Notes under the pieces: generated by a model
What the model was told of the DNA's origin: nothing
The model's database searches: none
The model's input: only the letters and a program-made list of their open reading frames with translations
Shown: one piece after another, positions 1 to 12,000 of the stretch
Numbering within the stretch: position 1 is the first letter of the stretch
Layout of the letters: each line of letters opens with the position of its first letter
Translations under genes and position numbers: made by a program
DNA from: Phoronis australis
Lineage: Eukaryota > Animalia > Phoronida
NCBI GenBank assembly: GCA_002633005.1
Contig: NMRA01000003.1
Span: 2,594,883 to 2,658,882 of the forward strand
Length of the DNA stretch: 64,000 bases
Direction of reading: 5' to 3'

Positions 1-76
1 TATATCTGTTCTTTGGTTTATTCTCTGGAAGCTTTGCATCGTCACAATTGTCTGTCAGTCGCACCTGTCGCACGTG
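1..76 (-). CDS. PTPN13: PTPN13 coding exon 35 (partial): start of PTP catalytic domain
   Basis: Acceptor ttgtag ends at 77. Phase 0 translation HVRQVRLTDNCDDAKLPENKPKNRY. Not in the ORF track. Confidence 0.9.
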
Positions 77-3000
77 CTACAATGTAACGCAGTTACAGTT
101 AACAGTGGAAAACAACACCATGTAACAAGCTGATTTATGATTATGTTGTAGTCTATTTGAGACAATGACTACAACATCATAACACTTAGTTAAACATAGG
201 TTATGAAAACAAAAAATGGTCATATTTTACATGAACATTTGGGTGAATTCACGAGCACAAAATTCAAGCTGTGTACCTCCTGTTTATTAATTACCGTATC
301 GCGCTGATGAAACCAGTCACAGGACTCGAAATGGTACACTTTATAATTAAATTTCATTTCGAATGATTACATCAGAGACATCTAAGGTGTCGTTAATCAA
401 TATTGATTTGCTACTCACAAATACATCTAATATATAGTAATTAATATTCTTGCCATGCATCAATAACTTCCAGCCATATAACACCTACCTTATACTCCTC
501 TAAAGGCTCTTCCCTATCAATCTTGGCCTGCAGCTGTGAGATAATACTTTGAACTGCATGCCCTGAATACTGGCCTCCGGGCACAGTTTCGGCAATGACA
601 AGTCTTGACAACCAATCACTAGTAATCTCGTGCGGCAACAACGAGGTAGAGTAGGGCTCTGACAACATAGACGCAGCATCCGAGTCAGACATGGCCGCTG
701 GTCTCATGGCTTTGAAGGAACGTTCGTCGCCAGGTAATGGCACGTCTGAATCATCACCCCAAGAGTCTACATCTGATTCAGAGTCAGTGTCCTCAGGTGG
801 CGCAGATTTTGGCAGCGGTGGAGGATCGGCATATTTTGGGTTTACCCTTATTTTGCCTCCCCCATTTGAGCGTGAAGTATTACTATGGTTTGAATGTACA
901 CTTTTATGAGATGAATTGCTGTGTCTGGAACCAGTGCTGCGCAGTGAAGAGGCATAGCTCCGCTGTGAAGACACACTGGTGTGTGACTTACGTTTGTTAT
1001 TAGATATAGCACCTTCGTTACTCTCGTTTTCATTTGGCCAGTCAAACTCTGATGAGTCATAGTCAGTCTCACTGTCACCACCATCATGTGACATCGTGGT
1101 GGCGTCACCAAGACTTTCCTGGTAACTTGGGTTCACAGAGTCAATGAGAGATTGTAGTGTTTCACTGTCATCATCACTGATAGGTTCACTCCTCTCAGCA
1201 ATGGCTGGACTATTTGTTTGCAGCTTATTCATTAAGTCCTCCCTGTCAAGAGGGTTCTTAGCAGGGGCACCCACATTACTATTAGGGCGAGATTGAGACA
1301 GCCTGAAACAAAGGCAAAAGAAGGTAGTTTATAATACTATTGCAATCACTTTTTAAGTCTGGCCTGCACGCCACCTGTTGGCCATATCGCGTGTCCTAAT
1401 GAACATAAAAGCTTTCTGTCCTGACTGGGACTCGAACACAGAACCTTCTGCTAACAGTGTGGACACTCTAGCCTACTGAGCCATCAGGACCACCGGTCAA
1501 ACACAGTCATCCAATCAGACTTAGCATTGGGCATCCCGTTCATAAACTGGTGAGTGTAAATGAATGTATAAATCTTTAACCATATATAGATCGCAAAAAT
1601 TTTAAAGTCTAATCTACATGTCACCTGTGACCTTAATAAAAAAGTCTGAAAAGATTTCTGGCCCCTGAGACTCTAACCCGGGACTTTCTGCTATTTCCTG
1701 GTTCTATAAGTGATTGATATATGTATTTATTGACAAGTCTGAAAAGACTGCTGTCACAGCAGATGCCGATATTTTGTAAATACATTAAGCTACCAGGCCC
1801 CCCCCCCCGACCCATAAGGCAGATAATCTGCCCTTCATGCTAAAAATCAAATTTTTCCAAAAAACATGAATGATTTCCATTATTTGACTGTTGTTAGCAA
1901 CTGCATGGTATGTTTGAGAAGTTTTTATAATTTAAATAAACATTGCTTTGTACAATGTTTGTTTCACTTGACAACCATATCCAGACAAGTGTGGGACTGG
2001 CGTCTGTATAATAGGACTTCAACATAAACAAATGAACGACTTCAAAATAACCATAACATCACTCCTGATTTTAATGCTTTCAATGCATATATTCATTAAT
2101 TTCCATGTGTCAAGTGGGCTTATTTAGTTAACAGCAGGACCAGACTATCAAGTAAAGTAATGAGTTACGGTCAAAGATGGCCTTTCAATTAGTTTGAATT
2201 ACAGCCACTGGTGGCGCTTATTGAACAATGGTGTTTTTGACTGTTGCTTTTATCCTGCGCTTATTCGACACCTATGCTCACTGAAAGACCATTTCAGTTC
2301 TTCACATCACAATATATTTCCTTCATCTCCGTCTCCACTAATTCATACCTTTGTACTGGAACATATTTAGTTGACAAGAGACCCATTACCTCCCAGTGCT
2401 TTCTGACACATGCAACTGTGAAGAAAGGCAATCAATCGAGACTGTACTTGAGACAGGAATCCTCTAATAACTATCGTGGCATAAATATTGCAGCAAAACT
2501 GGGCAACTAATAATAACAACAGCAGTAATAACTAAGTGCATTATTTCACACATTGTTAAATTTGCAGAAATCTGCATTTCTTTACAGAGTAAAAAATTGA
2601 CTGTGCAATTTGATTTATTGAAATAAACCGCCGTTTTTTGCCACATTGCTAACCTGATCTACAGCAAATGGCCTGAAAACTTTACTTCCCTTGGATATCA
2701 GTGAAAAGTGAATTTGTAGCTCTGCCTCAATTTTGAATATCCTCTGAGCTGTGTACTCTGACAATGTTTGATAAATTTTTATTATAAAAGTGTTAAGATA
2801 AATCCCCAGAATTCAAAAATCAAACTTTATGGTTAAAGGTCAGTACAACTACTTTTCAATAAAAGCTAACGAAAATTTGAAAATTAACAATACATGTGTG
2901 CCCCTTTTGCTCGTTTTAATGCTGCCAAAAAACATGGTGACTGGTGGTAAATACAGCAAAAATATGGAATAGAAACTGCAGTTAAATAAACACGGTATAT

Positions 3001-6000
3001 GAGTTGTTAACAACACTTTAACAAGAAACTGTCGATGAAAATGGCCACTTTTTGACGACAAGTGCTGGAAAAGGATGTTTATTTAACAGGGCTTGGAATG
3101 ACCAATAACAAAAAAACAGGAAAAATTTCCAGGTGATGTATCTTTTCACAAATAAACAGGCTTGTGGGAACGAAATTTTTTGTGTTGTAAAATTTAACTT
3201 ATAGAAATAAATAAATGAATAAAGCCAAAATAATGATAAAAAAGAGACAAAAAAGAGGAAACTGGAAACCAAATAAGAGGAAATCAAAACCAAAATAGAG
3301 GAAATTCTCTTAAAAGAGGAAAATTCCAAGCCCAGATTTAACAAAAAAAGTTAGAAGCAAATTCCGATAATTTCTTTTCATCCACAATGTTGCTATAAGG
3401 CATGTACCTAAACACCGAGCTTAATTTGGCATAATATCCAACCAGTCCTTGTTCTGTTCCCTAATAACACATCGTCATGATGATTGGCAGCCCAGTTGAG
3501 TGAAAAGTGAAAGATTGAACTAAAACTCATACTGTGTGAGTCACAAATTGGATATCAAGGTTCTTGGTGGGAGGTCTCTACCTACAGTTGTTGTGTAACT
3601 TGCCTAAAGCATAGATCACCCTTACCCATTTAGCCAATTATGTAGGGAGTTTTCAAAATTTTGCTGCAGAGGGTTACAGAGCACTATTTTGCTTCAGAGA
3701 ACTGGATGGGAAGTCATTTTTAATATCTGTTAATAAGCCAATACTGGGTTTGGTATCCTTTTAAGTAAAAGTTAGCTTAAGAGAAATAAGGTAGATTCAA
3801 GCAAAACAATGGTATGAACAACATTACCAAATTTTGTTTCATAAAAACATTCAAAGTGAAATCTCAGATTTCTAAATTATTGTTTCATTTTTGTTTTATA
3901 TAATTTAAAAGTATTTCCATCAAATCAAGAAAGGCCTATCTTTAACAGCCCTGCATGCAAAAGTGCAACACTAAAATAAAATCAATTCCTAACAGCATTT
4001 GGAGAACAGTGCTATATGAAGCACGGCAACAGAAAGTTTCATAAGAATCCAACCAGGTATTTCTGAAATATGTTGGGAAGTAAGCCAAATTTGAACATTT
4101 TTTAAGGGACCTTGACTTAACCTTAATTAGGGCTTGGAATAACCAATGACAAAAATAGGAAAAATTTCCAGGTGATGTATCCTTCCATAAATAGAAGAAT
4201 GGTAGATAGAATGGTGGCACTGTCATGCTATTGCCATGCTTGAAGTTTGTCTTTCCCTAAATTTGTGTTTTATTCACTCGTAATCTGGTTTCAGCACTTT
4301 AATTGCTATCAAGCCAGAAAGACTTTGTTTCATGGTGGTGCTGTTTGGTGAGTTAAGTCCAGAGCGTGTGTCTTTATTCTGTTACTGCAATCTTTCACCT
4401 GTCACACTGTCATTACTGAAACAGTGGTCGGACATTTTGATATTCTTGACGTACATCGATTGTGAAGCTACTGTTACGTAACTGATCTCTCACCATGCCT
4501 CCCAAGAACACACAAAACCAGTAGTATGCCACAAACCCAGGGAATCACGTCTTATCTATCTCAAGTGGACCCCTCTACCCCTGACAATTCTAACATGGAG
4601 ATACTGAAACTTTTGAATGATAAATTTGAGAACTTGAAATCAGATGTATTTAAAGAACTAGATGCTCTGCGACACGACTACTACGTAACACGAGAGGAAA
4701 ATCATCATCTACATGAAAAGGTGAAAAATCTTGAGTCTAAATTAGACGACCTAGAGAATCGATCAAGACGCGACAACTTCATCTTTCATGGCATACCGGA
4801 GGAGAATCAGAATCGTGGGAACAGTCCGAGTACAAAGTTACCGACATTTTGAAGGACTGCCTGGATGTTGATGGTGTCATAATCGAACGAGCTCATAGAA
4901 TTGGCCAAAAAACTGCAAACAAACACCACCCGATAATCGTAAGAATGAGGTCTAAAGATAAAGACAAGGTTCTACAGAATAAGAAGAACAATAACACTGA
5001 TGTCTTTGTCACTCAGGACTTCTCCACACCTGTCAAGAAGGCGAGGCGGCGTCAGTATGAATTCTCACATAGTAAGAACTGGACAAATGCAAAGATTAGA
5101 TACGACAAAATAATATACCAAGGTCGTGTTTATGTGTACAATGTCGAATCAGACGAGGTGATGGAGCGCAAGCCAATGGTTATGGTTTCTGGACTAACCC
5201 CTGAAACTGGTGTTTACGGACCTGAGTTGAATGGCGCAGCAGGTTACTAGTTAAATGGTTTCTTGGAATGCACAAGGATTAGAAAATAAAATTGTTAGGA
5301 ACGAAGTTCAAATGCACTTATTTATTTACGATATAATTTTATCTGTGAAACATGGGCAAAATGCTCAGATCAATTTCAGCTGACTGGCTATGACTCGTTT
5401 AATCTTTGTTATAATAATAAAAAAAGAAAAGGTAGATATTCTGGAGGCGTCAGTATTTTCATTAAGCAATCAATTTCTAAATATTTCAAGCGCATACATT
5501 CACAGTTTCCCTTTGGTATCTGTTTGAAATACAAGAGGGAACTATTTGGTGTTGTTCAGGATGTTTTGATGTTCTTTGTTTATTTACCCCCTGAGGGTTC
5601 AAGTTCATATTTTAATGGCACAGGTTCACCACAGAACAGCAGGATATTATTGTTGCATAGTGAAATTACAAACTTGACTGATGGTTTCCGTGATTGTTCC
5701 TTGGCTATTGTGGGCGATCTCAATGCCAGAACAGGGAATCTGGTAGACTTCATTTTAGATGATAGCCCAAAATATTTGCCATGCCAGGACTGGTATGAAG
5801 CGGATACACTTAGTTTGCCTCGGAATTCTAAGGACGAAGTTGTAAACAATTTCGGTAAAACTCTCATGGAGTTATGTCACGAACTTAGTATTCATATTGT
5901 CAATGGTCGTTCCCCCGGTGACACTAGGGGTGAGTTTACCTGTCTGTCGGGAGGAGGACGTAGTTTAGTGGATTATGTATTATTATCTACACAACTATTT

Positions 6001-9000
6001 GATTTAGTAGAGGATTTTTTGTGGATGAATGGGATGAATCTGATCATCTACTCATTATTTGTAAGTTTAGGTGTTGTAGGTCAGAGATCAACCCTCCTAT
6101 GGTTCCATTGTTACACCCCCATAGACGGATTCAGTGGGAGAGCTCTAATCCACAGGCGTTCTCTCGGGTTTTTTCAACTGATGCTGAGAATTGTGCGACG
6201 GCAGTGAATAGCCCGATAATACGGTCAGTTCCATAACAGATTTGCTGTGGCAGTCAGTCAATATCAACCATGAAAACTCGTATGTCTACTAATAGTCAGA
6301 CTAAAGTAAATCGAAACTTGGCGACAACGCAGCCACCCTGGTGGGATGATGAATTGGCTTCGGCCAAACGAGCAAAAATATGGTCTTTAAAACTTTTTCA
6401 TAAAAACTCTTCTGTCTTTTAGCTTAACGCGTATAAAGCAAAAAAGAAGGCTTTCCGTGATCTGTTTAAACAGAAAGAGAAAGCATATGAAGCCCGACTT
6501 ATTGAAACCATTAAATGTTCCATAAATAACCCTAAGGAATTCTGGCAAATAATCAAATCAAATATTCGGACATCCCGTATGTCTTCTACAATTAGTCCAC
6601 AGAAATGGCATGACTATTTCAAGGATTTATTGAACCAAAACTGCTCTACTAACGAGTCTTTAAGTGAATTTGTCGTGCAGGAAATGATTGAACATGATAG
6701 TTCCTGTGAAAACTGTACTAACAATTATCTGATTTTAATACTGATTTTTTGCCTTCTGAAATATATGAGGCCATTGCAAGGCTGGGGGTTATGATGGTGT
6801 GATTTTTGAAATGCTGAAGTGCACTGAGGTAACGAAAGTGCCAGTCTTGCATAAGTTATTTAATGCAGTTTTTGATTCTGGGTATTATCCCCAGACTTGG
6901 TGTGACGCAGTGCCTACTCCAGTATATAAACAAAGTAATAACAATGACGAAAATAACTATAGCGCTATTTCCCTGTCGTCTGCTTTGGGAAAACTTTTTA
7001 CCAAGCTTTTAAATAATCGTTTTTATTACTGGGCACAAAATAATTATAAACTTTATGAGTCTCAAACTGGGTTTAGAAAAGGCTACTCTACGATTGACCA
7101 AGTGTTTACACTTCAAGCTATGTGCCACAAGTATTTGAGTCGGCAGGGTGGGAGATTTTACTGTGCTTTTGTAGATTTCTCGAAGGCATTCGATTGAATC
7201 CCACATAATTTACTCTTTCATAGATTGAAAAACATTGATGTGCATGGTAAAATTTTCAATATAATCTGCTCTATGTATAGTCAATTGCGCACTTGTGTGA
7301 AAACTCAAGATGGTCTTACAGAGTTCTTTGATTGTACTGTTGGCACTTGCCAGAGTTGCATGATCAGCCCATTAATTTTGTGTTGTGTCTAAATGAAATT
7401 CTGGATCAACTGAGTGCGAAAAGTAATATTAATAGCGCATATCTCAGGGAACAAGTGCCAAAAGTTAACTCCCTCCTGTATGCAGACGACATTGTTCCTC
7501 TAACGCCATCAACTTACAACGAATGCTAAACTATTTGGCAGTATTTTGCGAATCATGGGGGATGCAAGTAAACTTGAAGAAAACTAAAGTAGTTGTTTTC
7601 AGAAATGGCGGTCCCCTAAGACGATATGAGAAATGGTTTTACAATGGAACATTGGTTGATGTGGTGCCTCACTACAAATACCTTGGACTACTTATTACTC
7701 CAAAAGTTTCGTGGACCAAAGCCATTAAAGCCTTATCTAGTCAAGCAAATAAAGCTGCCTCTGCAATTTGTAAATTAAAGCGAAGATGTCGTGATCTACC
7801 CCCGTCAATAGCCTTTCACCTGTTCGATAAAATGGTTTATCCCTCTCTGTGTTACAACCCTGAGATACGGGGCTTTAAGGAGTATGAACAATTGGAAAAT
7901 GTATATATCTAGTTTTGTAAACGCATTTTAGGAATAGGCAGTTGTTGTTCAAACTCGGCAATTATGGGAGAATGTGGTCGATTCCCATTGTTTACTAAAT
8001 ATTTTGTATCCTGGTTCAAAATACTGGAGATGCCTTGTCATCATGGGGTAAAGGCTGCATATGATATGCTTTTTCAGTCAGACCTGATTGGAAGGTCTTT
8101 CTATAATTGGGCAAGTTTTGTATGGAAACTTCTGTCTGTGTATGGTTTTTCAGATGTATGGATTAATCAGGGTGTGGTAAACCATGCGTATTTCTTGACA
8201 GTTTTTTCTCAACGTGTCAACGACTGCTATTTGCAAGGCTGGCAATCTGATATCGAATGTAACGCAAAACTGTCTTACTATGTGAGGTATAAAACAATGA
8301 ATGGTCTTGAGAATTATCTAGAAATAGTTAGTATCCCACTTGTTTTTATCCAGTCTCTGACTCAATTGCGATGTTCAAATCATTCGTTACTAGTGGAAAG
8401 AGGTCGCCACACAAATATTCCCTATGAAAACAGGTCGTGTGAGTTATGTAATTCGGGATGTGTAAAGGACGAATACCGTGACCACGTTGTGTTAGTTTGC
8501 AGTGCGTACCAAGACCTTCAGGTTAAGTACTTAAGTGATCGTTTTTGTCATTCTCCCACGGCATCTAAATTTTTATCTCTCATGAGAACTCCAGATATCC
8601 TATTTACAAAATTCGTCTATCATGCTCTCAAGCGTCACAATTATCCAGTTTGAAACTGACAGTGACAACGTTCTGTCTTGTACATATTGTACTGTGGGCC
8701 TGTGGCCATGTGTGTATATTTCAATAAATCACAAATAGGCTTGTGTGATAGAATTATTTTTGAGTTGTAAAATTTAACTGAAACGAATATTTTTGCATGA
8801 AAAAAGTCAAAATTATGATAAAAAGAGACAAAAAAGAGGAAACTGAAAAATCAAATAAAAGAAAATCGAAACCAAAAAAGAGAAAATCCTCTTAAAAGGA
8901 GAAAATTCCAAGCCCTGCTTAATGAACTCTACTTCAACCAGCATTTGTAAAGACATCCATGTTACTTTGATGTCAAAAATGTTGAAGATTTCTACAGTTA

Positions 9001-12000
9001 CACTGCATCAACATTACTAACTAACTTTAATTATAGTATAATTACAAGGATAATTTAATGTATCAAATTTCCGAAAGGCGTGGGAAATTGGCCATGTAAT
9101 CTACTACATCAGTGTGTTAGCAGGCAGTGGTTGACTAAAACACTGTAATTTTTGTGAATGCCGATCGGACCTGTTGTCAGACTAACTAATGTTTCGTCCA
9201 CACACATTCATCCAAAATGTCCTCGCTCACACAGAAGAGAAAAGTCTCATTTATTTTCAGCGTGTTGTTGGGGTTACAACACTACTATGTAAAACGTTTT
9301 TTAGAATCTTGACTATTAATATATTGTTAATTTGTGATATAGTTCACAAATGGGTGTCATCTTTATCATGCACATTTACTAGCTGCCAAACAGTGCCTAA
9401 TTAGCGAGTAGGACTTTAAATTAAAGTATAATCATAAAATTCTAAAACAGGTAGGAAATCTGTAACATAATCTCCCTACCAACAAGACGAAAATGGAGTC
9501 GGAGGCTAGCGGTTAACTGTACAACTGCATTGCCCAACAGTGTATCAGTCCAAATGCATTCATCGAAACTCTGTCAAAGGAGCCTGACTTTGTCATCTTC
9601 ATATCCATTGTAGGAATTTTCCAATGACAGAGTTGTTTTATCTACACATCACCCAATATTCAGCTAAAAAATTAATTGTTATTCACTCTGCTTTGTGTTT
9701 GTGTTAGTCAGTGACTTGTAATTCAACTGTGCTTTATTTTTCACAAATTGTCATCAAAACAACAAAACAACATTGCATGAATAAAATTGTTTATAAAAGT
9801 CTAAATGAATTATCTGCATTCTATTTACGATACAGTTTCATTTATTAGCGTAGTCTTTATAGATTACATTCACAGGCCCCTGAAATGATAAGGAGTTTGC
9901 AAATAGCACTTGAAGGTTCAGAAAACACAAAATTTTCCAATCTAATAAATTGGTTATTGCTTTGCCTTTTGTGTCAGTCAACATAGTTGACATATAATAC
10001 CCCATTCTCATTGTCCACAATATATGTTTGAATATTATCTAGTAGTCTGTGTGCTAGAAATGTGAGCTCATGCAATGAGATTTAAATAGGTGTTTGTTGA
10101 ATGCCACTAAGCCACAACACTGTAACAAAAATGTTGCAGAATCAAGTTGAGTTTTCCACCTACAGTTTACATTGGCAAGCAGAAAAACCTTACTTAGGAA
10201 AATGTACCACCCGTGACAAAAATTATTAAATTTTTTGGACCATACCTTGAAACTGCCAAAGTGACTACACCTCTGGTTTTGCGAAGTACAGCTACAGCTC
10301 GACTCTGGGTCATACCAATCACAGACTCGCCATTTACCTGAAAAAATATAAGAATATAACAAGTATATACTAGGAGTTGAAAACAATGACAGCACATCAA
10401 AGTGACGTACTGTTTTATCAAATGGAACAAGAACTTCTTTTTTACAGAAATTTATGAAATGCAAAATTTGATTTTAAGGTTTCTAATTTAAGCAAAAAAG
10501 ATTCCTTAACATACGGAAACTAGTTATGAATGTATTTTGTAATTGAATAGACTTTACCAAACATTTACCTTTTATTCAAAGATTCACCAGACTTATGTGA
10601 AGAACTACAATGTAATACCACATTACAAACCAGTCGTACTACTATTAAAATTGCCTTAATGGTTACACATAATTATTTTGCTATAAAATGCAAACAGTGT
10701 ATACGAACCCACGCCACCCATAAACAATAACCTCAATATTAAAGGTATACAGGAGAACAAGTTCTAAATGTTTACCAACAAACAGTGTGAATACTTTGAC
10801 CCTTGATCTTGTGTAACACAGACTCAATTAAGAAGGTACACTGCCCGCTGGGCATGTTTAACAAATGTCTCAAAAGTGTCTCAGTTAACAACATAGGGGA
10901 ACAATGGTAAAACTAATTTACTATAGCCAGACAAAGGGGCCAGACACATTGAAAAATCAACACAAATTTTTATTACTGGGATTTGGTTTAAATGTACCAC
11001 GGGGATTCCCCAATGCTTAACCCTGAAATTTGGTTCATTATTAGACTGCCCTTGCCAAGCAAGCCTATTGAACTGCAGCATAACATGGAGACAAAAAATA
11101 AAGGCTTCGCAACTAATTAATAATTACTAGTGCTAAAGGACAATGTCATGGAAACAGAGGACAGCGCTACAAAATTACGCCTTGTATTGCAATTATTATT
11201 ATCAAACCATGGCTTACACAATAATAAATACTCTTATCTATTCACGGATTCACAAAAATATCATATTTCTTCACAAAAGAGTGTCCACTACTCTACTGGG
11301 TGACAGCGGTCAACCATATACACTGATTAATACTCCTGTAACCAGTGTGTAGGTAGTCAATGTCACCTAATGACACCTCGAAATGAATGCATATGGTATG
11401 GTAAGACATTTACATTAAAACATTGTCATGGTTATCGCCATCGCCATTACCATCATCATCATCATCATCACCGCCATTATCAGTTTTCATTTAATTTCAC
11501 CAAAGTGCCATTCACACGCGCACACGCACAGAACAAGTTACTCTTGGAATGAGTTGCTGATAGGTTTGGGAGCTGTCAGTAAGTTGTTTAAACCATTGCA
11601 ACTTGCCCACGAATGAAAACTTACTCCACTTAATTGAAGCAGGGTAACTTGTTCTAGGGTAACTTGTACCCCTTCCAATTCCTGTGTGGCCCCAAACCAG
11701 GGGCAAGGCTTCGTGTTTGCGAAGTTACACACAAACGGGTCTTCTTTATCATGCCGTATTTGCATCAACTATTCATTGTCATGTGCAGAGCGACAACTTC
11801 CACCTAGCCCTATTTCTCGGATGTGTGTGTGTGGCCGCTCCGCATAAAATGAGGCAAGATGCACAGGTGCAAATTGTTCTAGTGTAAGTCTGTGTGTGGA
11901 CAGGACTGAAGTATGACAATCACTCCAGAGAGTGGTTCCATATTTATGATCAGATTGCCTGACAGTCTAAAAATATTATTTTAAAAGGGGTATGGCAAGA

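Larger units (their letters stand above)
4194..8732 (+). mobile_element. Near-full-length decayed non-LTR retrotransposon (LINE, RTE-X-like; clade tentative), antisense to host gene
   Basis: Carries ORF1 and ORF2 remnants. 3' end has a GGCCtgtGGCC stem-loop and AATAAA at 8723-8728. Boundaries are defined by the interrupted MITE. Confidence 0.9.
4128..8917. mobile_element. MITE family A copy 2, split by a LINE insertion (arms about 4128-4193 and 8733-8917)
   Basis: TAGGGCTTGGAAT start and ATTCCAAGCCCTG end, with TSD CTTAAT at 4122-4127 and 8918-8923. The two arms reconstitute the intact copy at 23964. Confidence 0.85.

Noticed and set aside
3018-3344. Hydrophobic Phe/Leu-rich ORFs (also 23892-24191, 53947-54210) as membrane proteins
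   Set aside because: Reverse translations of A-rich MITE or intron sequence.
4526-8653. RT region as an active element, retron or domesticated gene
   Set aside because: Multiple stops and frameshifts in both ORFs; ordinary APE-RT LINE organisation.
11370-11616. Poly-His / poly-Ile ORFs
   Set aside because: Translations of a (CAT)n microsatellite.
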